A stretch of 47,403 nucleotides of DNA from Patellaria atrata CBS 101060 (lineage: Eukaryota), in the NCBI GenBank assembly GCA_010093705.1, contig MU006097.1:858298-905700 (forward strand), given 5' to 3'. The translations under genes and the position numbers were made by a program. Shown piece by piece: positions 37,700 to 47,403 of this stretch (position 1 is the stretch's first letter; each line of letters begins with the position of its first letter). Under the pieces are notes generated by a model. It saw nothing but the letters and a program-made list of their open reading frames with translations. It did no database searches and was not told the origin of the DNA.

Positions 37700-38915
37700 C
37701 TAACAACCGACGTAGATAGCTAAAGTACGTTGATCAGTACGAGATGTAGGAGTCAGGAAGATGAGCATATTTACCATTTGCAAAAAGCGCATAAGTATCG
37801 GCATTGAGTACAGCTCTGCTAGATGACAATGCAATGCTGGCGGAGTAACCATAAGCATAATCATCAGTTCCAGGGCTGTACACGCCTGGCGCGTGCGTGT
37901 ACTCGTGGAGCGTCGTGGTAGCCTGGTCTTGAGCGTGGCAAGTCCGGGTGAGGGCTGGGAGAGCGCTGAAGTATATGGGGCAGTTGACTACGAGGTTGGT
38001 GGAGGGCTGTGTGTAGGCGAGCGTATTGCTGCTACAAGCCCCCAGTTGATCAGTACAATATTGTCGCGTGGCCCCACTATTTGTGGAGCTACATTCGGAG
38101 GCAACCGCACGGAATCGCGCCGCAACGGTTGATCTCACACTGGAAGAAGTGGTCTTGAAGTACTCCTGGAATCTGTTTGAAAATCAGCTTCACTGTCCAT
38201 CTACAGCGACCAGTTACTCACTTGCTAGCAGAGCCAGAAGCAGCAGCATTGGCAGCAGCATTTGCGAGGCTTTGGCAGTTCCTGAGTGCAGTTTGGGTTG
38301 CGGAAAGGCGGCTGCCGGTACAGTCTGACTGAATTCGCGTGCGCTTTTCGAACGCAACCTTCTTGGCCCTAGCAGCCTCTCCATCAACGGAGAGGGAAAG
38401 GATGTTGCTCTCGAAGTATACAGCACTACCGCTTAACTCATTCGAGTCGGCTTCGGCGAAGGGAATGGCTCCCTCGGTGAAAATGTCAAAGTTTCCGCCA
38501 GAGGAGAGATCGTGAACCTCGGCGACATCGAACTCGAATTCGAGGGTCTGGCCGGCGGCAATTGGTACGAATGCTTCATCGTTGAGACCGCTTGTCCTAA
38601 CACGCATGCGAATACCCTCAAAGGCCACGGGAGCAGCTTCGGGACGTCAGCTTGGCACTATATCCGGGAGCCGGATGAAGACCTACTAGCAGAGAACACT
38701 TTCGCGTGTTCGACAGGAGCGGAATCCAGGAAGGTTCCGGTCTTTAGCAATTTCAAATCAGACGTTCCAGTGTTGTGCACAATAGCTTTGATCAAGGTGT
38801 TGCCAACAGCTTCAATGTCAACTTTGACATCACTATTGCGCTTGTTCAGGTTGACAGAGGCGGCGGAGACAAGTGTAACCAGTGCGGCCAACGAAAGTGA
38901 AGCGGAGATCCTCAT
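37700..38915 (-). CDS. Deuterolysin / neutral protease 2 (M35 metalloprotease) prepro-protein; exons 38915-38687, 38636-38222, 38172-37775, 37719-37700
   Basis: Signal peptide [18 protein letters not shown]; propeptide ending in [35 protein letters not shown] (HExxH); GTDDYAYGY (aspzincin Asp ligand); [17 protein letters not shown]. Three GT-AG introns keep the frame. Confidence 0.96.
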
Positions 38916-40890
38916 AATGAATGTGAGAAACTGGTGTTAACTTGTTAACTGCGCCGTGAAGACTGAAGTGACTTGATTGTATTAATGCTGCTGGGGATCA
39001 CTGCTCTCGAAGGTCCAGCCAGCCTACTTATAGAAAGCAAAGAAGAATATCCTCCATGGGAGCTGCCTCGGCGTTGACCGTTGATGAACCATGTCCCCTG
39101 ATAAGCACCATGGGGCAATTCCTTGAAGAAGAAGGTCAAGATCACTGCGTATTTAGCATAGCTATCGATCTTGGGTTTCTCGGGCTCAAAATGTAGTCGA
39201 TCCTATAAATGAGCTAGTGAAGTCATACGTATGGCGAGTAGCATGGATGTAAATTGCGGGGGACAGATATCCCTATCTCTTCGTTCTCTTGGCTATCACA
39301 CGATACTATGGAAATGTCGTGCACGATGGGGTCCCATGCAGGTACATGCCATACGAACGAAGCAAACGGTTAAGAGTTGGAAACATATATACAGGTTTCT
39401 GGGAAAAGAAACTTGAGAACTCAGGCTTTCCAAGTATGCTTGATAGATGTCTCAGGGATGATGCTCAACTAAACCAATAAGAATGGATAATGACTTCGAA
39501 AATGTCTATATAGATCCATTTGACTGGCTAACGATGGAAAAATGCGAAATAGCAAAGGGACAGAATCTGAGACGTGTTCATGCCAGCGCATTGACAGAGC
39601 TGCCCCGCAGCTAAGATGGACCCTTGAAGCTTTTGGATGATGGTTTTTAAACAATTGAAGGGCAGATAGTTGATCAAGACGGGATTTAACATGGACTAAG
39701 CAGGGCTGAAGTTCACGTCAATTAACATGACTGGGTAGACAAGGCTAAAACCCTTATCTTGTAATATAAAGGGTAAGTAGCCTGAAGTAAGTGTGACAGG
39801 GATTTCCCTTTCATACTGTGGACAACTAGGGCACTGCATATATGAGTATATAGTGTTTTCCCAATCGCCTACGGGTGTAGCCATGCCCGGTTGAGGAAGG
39901 ACGAGATTAGAGGAGTAAAAAATGGTTGAGGTTGAAAGAAACTCTTGAGGTAACCTTAAATGAGCAGCATCCCGCCAAGTAGAACTATTTCTAATGCACC
40001 AAACATCTCAAAAGTGCCAATCTCCCGTTCCTATGCACAGCTTCTGACAAGACTGTAAACGAACACGCGTTTGAAATATGGCGTCTTGATGTTCCACTAC
40101 TACCGGATGGAATAGAAGTGAAAAATTACCTTGCCTTATCTCGCATGAGGAAATGGTTGTGATTGCAGAGTCGTAGTGCATGACTTGCTCCCCCATGACT
40201 TAGTTCAAAGGTTGTAAAGCTGTTTCGCCTTCTGTTCATCTATGTACGCGTATGTAGTTCCACTGTACAGAGGTACAGTATTTCTTGTGCTCTTAAGAAG
40301 CTTTTGGCGAATCCGCCACAGCCGTATAACGTGCAGGATTCTCTGTGATCGGCACATGCAGTTTAATCCCCGCGAGAGCCTGTAGTTCTGCTACTACTGC
40401 AACACCACGAAAGATCACCAATTACCAAGGTGCGACTGCAAGTACTAAAGTCTTAAAAAGATCGAGACTTCGCCGATAGCCAAGGTGTGCATCCCTTTCA
40501 CTGGCTTTTTCGGAAACTTGGCTGAGATCGTCAACAATGGGAAGGTCGGGGACACTGCTGGAGTTGCAGTTTATCAGATACAAGCTCAAGTGCGTACCTT
40601 ATGATCTCGGTCAGCACTCCTATAAGGGAAGCTCCGAACAAGTCCCCAGGACACCTCGTGCATGGAAGATAGCAATAATGGGTTTGGGTTACATTAATCT
40701 CCATTCGTGTCTCCTCTCACAAGCACACCAGTTAGCTAAAGCAAATCCTGTCTCAATAGCTACCATACCTAAAGCTTCAATTGGAGTAATCAGTCCTCGT
40801 TAGACTTGGGAAACTCACCGCGGAGCGACTCTCCCAATCCAACGATTTGCATTATCAATCTCCATCCTCATTCTCCATATCCCACCATCC

Positions 40891-41478
40891 ATGATCACTC
40901 GAGGGACTGCTATCGTTGTTCTTGCTGCCATCAGCATAACCGCCTTCTTCACTTACCCCTCTTTCGGATCGGCGTTCAGAACCATGGTCGGTTCGAGTTC
41001 GAATTCTATTCGGCCCACCGCCCTCTCCATCGAGCTCTCCCAGCATTCAACCTCTCCTCCGACCCTTCGTGCCACAGTACGAAATAATCATTCCAAGATC
41101 TTGACCATATTAACTTGGGATACCCCGCTGGACGAGAAGGCAGCAATACTTGGAGTCTTCCGTGTGACGGAAAAGAGTTCGGGGGACGAAGTTGAAATGG
41201 GAGGAATAAAAATCAATCGGCTACTCCCTCCTCCCCGCGACGCATTCGTCGAGCTAAGTCCTGGCGCAGAATCTAGCAAGGATTTCGAATTAAAAGAGCC
41301 ACTGTGGCCGATGGAAAAGGGCCATCGTTATTACATTAAGGCCGTTGGCGATTGGAAAGCTGTATGGGAGGCTAGAGTTGGAGACCTTACCGATGGTGAC
41401 TTTAAGGATATGGCTGCAAGTGAAAGGGCGATAAAAATAGAAACATACGAAAGTGAACCGATTGAGGTTGAAATATGA
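40891..41478 (+). CDS. Secreted or signal-anchored protein resembling an isolated M35 (deuterolysin) propeptide domain, with no catalytic domain
   Basis: Intact 195-aa ORF with hydrophobic N-terminus (AIVVLAAISITAFF). The core LRATVRNN...LTILTWDTPLD...VEMGGIKIN...DAFVELSPG aligns by eye with the neighbouring propeptide IKAIVHNT...[11 protein letters not shown]...VAFEGIRMR...EAFVPIAAG. No HExxH. Confidence 0.75.
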   Translation: MITRGTAIVVLAAISITAFFTYPSFGSAFRTMVGSSSNSIRPTALSIELSQHSTSPPTLRATVRNNHSKILTILTWDTPLDEKAAILGVFRVTEKSSGDEVEMGGIKINRLLPPPRDAFVELSPGAESSKDFELKEPLWPMEKGHRYYIKAVGDWKAVWEARVGDLTDGDFKDMAASERAIKIETYESEPIEVEI

Positions 41479-42074
41479 AGTCTGCACTTCTTGTTTTCAC
41501 TTTGTATCGCCCAAACAGCCAGAGAATGACTGAGGTCTGGTGGAACATAGGGAAACAAGAAAACGCGTTCCGCCTGTTCATGTATACTATCTCCAACAGT
41601 TGAATCTAGAAAACACGGCAACATTCTTCAGGCCTAACCTGAAGAGACAATCACTCATAGACCTAAATTTCATCTCAGACAACTTTAACAGCATGGGTGA
41701 ATGGAGGCATGGGCGAATGGAGTTATTATTGATCGTAACCGCACGTTGACAATGAGGGCGTATTAGGCTTTGGTTTCGGAGGATCCGGAAAGCTCAAGGC
41801 GAACAGCACGTATCACGTACCTATCGCCATATACGCGGGTTTCTGTGTACTGGCCTATCGTATTATACAAAATACGGATAGAAGTTTATATAGACTACAT
41901 TTACCACGGCCGCTTCAACCCACACGACTAGGGCAAATCCGGGGTCCCAACACGTTCCCTCCGGCAGCCCCAAGGTGTCAACGGTCGAGGGTCGAGGGCG
42001 GAATACGGCGAAGACATGAAGCTGGAACCGCAAGCTGGCCATCTCGTGCCATCTTGCACGCGTCCAACAACCCA

Positions 42075-43510
42075 TCAACCAAATTTCGGAGAGCACGGCT
42101 GCATGGAGCGGACCGAGCGGATCAAAACGGTATATGTCGCAAAATATGCGACCACGGGCGCAAGACACAGGAAGGGAAAAACGTAATCTATAGCGTGGGC
42201 TGTCCTCGTCTGCAACGCTTGCGCTTGCGTCTGGCCGTTTGGACCCTCGCTTCCCTCCCGAGATGCTCCAACACCCTCCGAGCCCGCACGACAGACGTTC
42301 AGGAACTCCATCACGCCAAGCAAATCCTCGTCAGCCAGCTCTTCGCCATCCATATCGATGGAGGAGCGGGAGCCCCTGGTCAGCTTCAGGCGCTTTGGAC
42401 CGCGCGGGGGTTCGGGGGACCCGTTGTCCTCGTTCGGGGGCCCCTCGTGCTCGCCCTCGGACTCGTCGTCCGTCACCACGGGGGAGAGGTGACCGACGCG
42501 GATGGCGGCACGGTAGCCGCCAACGCCCTCGCCCGGATCCACCTCCAGGTAGGTGGGGTCGGGAGGCAGCGCCTGGACGGCGACGGTACGGACAACATCG
42601 CCGGCAAGCATCTTATCCCTAGTGAAGGTGTCGGGGTAGCACTCGCCGATCATTCTCATCTATAGGTGATGCGCCTGGGGGTGCGGCCATTGATCCAGGA
42701 CGTGAAGGAGGCGAGCGGAGGAATAGCGGCGAAGATACCCACGCCGTAGGCGCTCTCTTAAGATCCAGCCACGTTATAAAGTCGGCGGTGGGGCAGCCGG
42801 CCTGCTGGAGGGCCGCGAGGAGATAGGACTGTGCGGAAGTCGCGAGTCTGATGCCCGGCCGGACACGGGTCGTTGATCCGGGTTATACCTGAAGAAGCGT
42901 TGCAGTTCCAGGTAGTGGTCGTACAGCCTGGCGCTCGCATGGCGCTTGTTGAGCTCGCTCGTGACGTCGAGGGCACCGACGAAGCTGAGGAAGTCTCAAC
43001 TGCCCTTGAAGCGGCTTTTAGGGTTAGGGTCGACGACGGCGATGGGGACAACTCGAGAACTCGCACCACGCGGTGCTTCGCCAACCACCTCACGGAAGAA
43101 AGCAGGCTCCGGACGGAGAAGAGCTCTTCTCGTCCGCCAGGCGTCACCACCTAGGTGATATCGTCGTCCGTCGCTTCGAACACAAAGTCCACCCAGGTCC
43201 ACCCAGGCGGCCGCCCTGCCGTCGAACTCGAACCCGAGGGACAGGGACGCGAGGTGCCCTCCTCACCATGCGCGGGAGCTATCTCCAGGGTACAGGGATG
43301 GGGGTTAGCCTGAAGGACGTCGTATGTGGAGGGAAATGCTACTCTTAAAGTTAGGGTCGCGCGGCGTGAGCGCGAATTCCGTCGTTTGGGTGAGGGAGAA
43401 AGCGACGCCGGGACACGTTACGAGTGATACGTTTATCAGTTGAGGAGCAACAAAGGTCACGATGCGGACGAACTGCGATGCAGAAGAGGTTGGCGACGTG
43501 AGCGTGTCGT
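42075..43510 (-). pseudogene. GC-rich degenerate multi-exon gene of unknown function
   Basis: Strong GC3 bias and protein-like segments (LASLSLGFEFDGRAAAWVDFVFEATDDDIT*, DFLSFVGALDVTSELNKRH..LYDHYLELQRFFR, acidic stretch plus PKRLKL). Candidate introns with CTAAC branch sites; in-frame stops at ~43151 and ~42660; a 10-bp tandem duplication at ~43188-43207. Boundaries are approximate. Confidence 0.5.
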
Positions 43511-44936
43511 GATACTGATATTGACGATGAGATGGGTGCGAGGATTTCTTGGAGTGTAAAGTTGTTAGCTGTAAGCTGTCTGCTGTCAGTGCTGTGGAGC
43601 GACTCGATGCACGGGCCATGATTTCAGCACACCATCCGTGCGGAAATCATCACGCCTATCTTAGCGGAACGAGTTGAAAGGGTGTATGTAGGTTGTCGAA
43701 CTTCCACTTACACTGTATTGTCTTTGGTCGAACGAGTAACGGGGTCAGGATGAGTAACTGAGACGGAAGACCGTCGCTCATCTACTACCACGCCTGAACG
43801 GATACGTCGGGATGGAATGGAATGCGCATGATCGGCAGCCCGTGGAGTCGTACGCAGGCGAGGTATATCACTTCAAATACGGAGAACGGGTGCATCGACT
43901 TCACGTCACTGGTGACTTGGATTCGGGCATGAGATATGAATACAAACTAGCAAGACCTATCGTGTAAAGACATACCTTGGATGTTTCCGCGTCGAAGAAT
44001 ATCCAACACGTTCGGATCAAGTATTGCGAAAAGGGCATTCAACCTCAAGACAATGCAGACTGAGCAAATCAAGCTGAATGGGACATTTCATGGAGCCAAT
44101 GAGCCGATATGACCATATATCAAGTGTACAGAACGGACCGAACAAAGAGCCCTCGCAGCATTGTATCAGAATCAGCTCCTACGCACCAACCTAACCCAAG
44201 CTCTACTGTAGGGAGATAATACACAAGAGAGCTCTACTCAGACTGCTCAAGTCGCGAATACCACTGTCGGTGCGGCAAGTACGGGTTGGGTATGGGACGA
44301 AGACAAAAAGTGCTACCGTTATCAAAACGGGTAGGAGTAGGTTTTGCAGTGAGATGCCTGAGATAGGACCAGGCAACTATTAGCAGATGTGTTTGATAAA
44401 GTATGGATGAAAGTTTCGACAACTGGTTATATGGTGTTTTATGTTGTTCGTTTATTGTAGATTCGGTTTCCATTTGACTGATTTGTGTTGGTTTGGCGCG
44501 GCCCAATCACGTGTACTATCTGTCTTTGGTGGTTACCGCAAAGCCCTCATACCCGTTCACGGCAATGTTTCAACATCTCAAGCGATTGTATCCTTTTCAC
44601 TACACATCTATTGCGTCTTCCGTTGGCGCTACTCGCTAATACTGTGCCCTTACAAAGAAAATGGCTGGTGGAGCGGTGGGCGTGTCCATCCAATGGACGA
44701 TGGTGAATGGCCTTTTATGTTTCGTCTGTCTTCACCATGCAAGTGGATGGCGAGCCTGCGCCACGTCGTAGCCTCGTGGGCAGCGCGTTGAATCACTGCT
44801 ATATAATCTTTCCATGATTAGGCCTTCGAAGTCTGCTTCCCTCCTGTCGACGTTCGACTTATAGACCTAGCCACTGATATACCGAACGAATCACACGAGT
44901 AACACTTACCAGGAGGTCGCTCGCGAATTTAGTTTT

Positions 44937-47403
44937 ATGGCTCTCATACGCCTCTTGCACCGCAAGCCCGACGGCGAGATCGTCTTTCGCGAACCCACCG
45001 GCGGCGATGTCCCTTCCTACACAATACTCTCCCATACCTGGGGAAAAGAGGAGGTCAGCTTTCAAGACATGGAAGCCGGCACGGCTAGGAGCAAGGCTGG
45101 CTGGAGGAAGATAGAGTTCTGCGCTAAGCAGGCTGCAGCAGACGGGCTACAATATTTCTGGATAGATACTTGTTGTATCGATAAAAAGAACGCCGTAGAG
45201 CTTTCAGCGGCCATCAATTCGATGTTTCGGTGGTATCAGAAGGCAGTGCGGTGCTACGTCTACCTTTCAGATGTCTCTATTCACGGTGAAGGTCAGGACG
45301 GACAGTCTAGCTCTACATGGGAAGCCGCATTTAGGAAGAGTCGATGGTTCACTCGGGGTTGGACGCTTCAAGAGCTTATTGCGCCGGCACAAGTCGACTT
45401 CTTTAGCTCTGGGGGCAATCGACTCGGGAATAAGCTATCGTTAGAACAAATGGTCTACGATATTACCGGTATCAATAGAAATGCTCTCAGTGGTGATCCG
45501 TTGTCCACCTTCACTATTCCTGAGCGGATGTCTTGGGCAGAGCGCCGCCAAACCACTATCGAAGAAGATGAGATCTACTCGCTCCTTGGAATCTTCAATG
45601 TCTCATTACCCCTTATCTATGGCGAGGGAAGAGAAAGTGCATCTAGACGGCTTCGAGAAGAGATAGACAAGGTCAATAAAGGTTAATTTAACTTCTACTA
45701 AAGGGAGACCGAATAGTGCTCACGAAACTAGGTGCTAACTTCGAACGATTTTCTGTCGGCCTTAACCTCTCGACCCTACCTCACTATGTTCAATTTGTTG
45801 CAAGGTCGAAGGAGCTTACGGAAATGCACCGGATGCTCCACGGCCATAGCACTCGATCTATTGTTATCCTTCATGGCCTTGGAGGGATCGGAAAGACTCA
45901 ACTAAGTCTCGCTTATGCTATGCGACACGAAGAAAAGTTCAGTGCAATATTCTGGTTAAATGCGAATGACGAGGGTTCTCTCAAGCTTAGCTTTCGAGCC
46001 GTCGCTCAGCAGATCCTAAAATATCATCCTTCGACCAGTCTACTTGCTAGTATAGACTTGGACGACCTCGACCAAGTAGGGCATGCGGTCAAGGCCTGGC
46101 TCGATCTCCAGAAGAATACTCGCTGGCTGATAATCTATGACAATTACGACAACCCTCAAACAAGTGGTAACACCAATAGCTCTGCAGTCGATATACTTCG
46201 ATTCCTCCCCGGATCAAATCATGGCTCAATCATCATCACGACACGATCGGCGCAAGTTAAGCAAGGTCAACGTCTCCATATCCAAAGGTTGATGGACGTA
46301 CAAGAAGGGCTTGAAATCCTATCGAACACGTCAGGACGAGAGGATATTCAAAGCGGTATGTTGAAACGATATGAAGATGCAAGATAAGAAGCGTACTGAT
46401 AAGATAGACCCCGATGCATTAGCACTAGTTAAGGAACTAGACGGCCTACCTCTTGCTCTATCCACTGCAGGTGCATACCTTGAGCATGTGACAACGAGCT
46501 TCTCAGATTATCTTCGGCTCTATAAGGCGTCATGGCTAAAACTTCAGACGACCAGTCCACAATTGATTTCCTACGAAGACCGCTCGTTGTATACAACATG
46601 GCAGATCACCTTCGATCGGATCGGACAACAGAATGCCGCATCAGCCAAATTACTTATATTGTGGGCATATTTTGATAGACAGGATGTGTGGTTCGGACTC
46701 CTTCGACATGCAAAATCCGCAGACGATGAATGGATAGAGAAACTAACTAAGGATGAACTAGACTTTAATAAGGCCGTTGCGCTACTATGTAGCTTCGGCC
46801 TGGTTGATGTAAATCGGTCTTCTCATCATCAATTCAGGTCTAGAGGGTATAGTGTACACAGCTGCGTACACTCGTGGACGATGTTTGTACTTAACAAGGA
46901 TTGGAATGAAGACTTCGCAAGGCTGGCCTTAACTTGCGTGGCTTCAAAGGTTCCCAGCATAAATGAGAAGGACTGGTGGCTCTTACAACGGCGCCTTCTT
47001 CAGCATGCGAGACGGCAGGACCTCTTTATAGTGGATGGTAAGGTAGATATGAATGGACTGGATTGGGCATTTCACAATCTAGGCAATCTTTACGCCGACC
47101 AAGGCAAGTTGGCCGAGGCGGAGAAAATGTACATTCGGGCGCTCCAAGGCAAGGAGGAGGCACTTGGACCGGACCACACATCGACACTCAGTACAGTCAA
47201 CAACCTAGGCAACCTCTACGCCGACCAAGGCAAGCTGGCCGAGGCGGAGAAGCTGTACATTCGGGCGCTGCAAGGCTATGGGGAGGCACTTGGACCGGAC
47301 CATACATCGACACTCGATACGATCAACAACCTAAGCAACCTTTATAGGAATCAAGGCAAGCTGGCCGAGGCGGAGAAGATGTACATTCGGGCGCTGCAAG
47401 GCT
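44937..47403 (+). CDS. Fungal NLR: HET effector domain + NB-ARC + TPR repeats (3' end beyond the window); introns 45682-45731 and 46356-46407
   Basis: HET motifs YTILSHTWG, FWIDTCCIDK, AINSMFRWY, SRWFTRGWTLQELIAP; Walker A GLGGIGKT; Walker B WLIIYDNYD; IIITTR; ELDGLPLAL; YSVHSCVHSW; then 42-aa TPR units. I read exon 3 (46408-47403) as open to the window end. Confidence 0.95.
47076..47403 (+). repeat. 126-bp tandem repeats encoding near-identical 42-aa TPR units (about 2.6 copies visible)
   Basis: Units start at 47076, 47202 and 47328 (AAYCTARGCAAY...); consensus NLGNLYADQGKLAEAEKMYIRALQGxxEALGPDHTSTLxTxN. Confidence 0.95.

Noticed and set aside
39288..40522. Four PacC-type GCCAAG sites in the deuterolysin/propeptide-like intergenic region
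   Set aside because: A 6-bp degenerate motif on two strands is expected roughly once per kb; four in ~2 kb is not convincing without conservation data.
43015..43031. TTAGGGTTAGGG / CCCTAACCCTAA: telomeric repeat or telomerase RNA template
   Set aside because: Only two units. It sits where a CTAAC branch site of a candidate minus-strand intron is expected within a protein-like GC3-rich region, and I could not identify pseudoknot or CR4/5 elements.
47076..47403. Regularly spaced repeats as a CRISPR array
   Set aside because: Eukaryotic context; the repeats are contiguous 126-bp in-frame TPR codons without unique spacers.
10800..47403. Complete Starship or other giant transposon
   Set aside because: No DUF3435 tyrosine-recombinase captain, transposase or paired terminal repeats recognised, and core housekeeping genes are interspersed.

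Overview
Eukaryotic, intron-containing DNA from a filamentous ascomycete (Pezizomycotina-type; short ~50-bp GT-AG introns with CTRAC branch sites). Conserved housekeeping genes are interleaved with accessory or decaying sequence. The housekeeping genes are the 5' end of nucleoporin Nup188/Nup184, a UBE2J1/Ubc6-type E2, a Mn-type cation diffusion facilitator, a heme-oxygenase-like protein, an amino-acid permease, the MFAP1/Spp381-like splicing factor and an M35 deuterolysin. The accessory part includes a ~10-kb block of pseudogenes (Clr5-domain, ankyrin, and an SPX-ankyrin-GDPD GDE1 paralogue with RIP-like stops), a HET-domain gene, a RING gene split by a 5'-truncated LINE with a target-site duplication spanning the assembly gap, a P-loop GTPase pseudogene, a GC-rich degenerate gene, and a HET-NB-ARC-TPR fungal NLR that runs off the right end. 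The most striking observation is a stand-alone secreted protein that aligns by eye with the deuterolysin propeptide and sits head-to-head with the deuterolysin gene, which suggests a protease/propeptide-like inhibitor or chaperone pair. All assignments come from manual reading and motif recognition; no searches were run.
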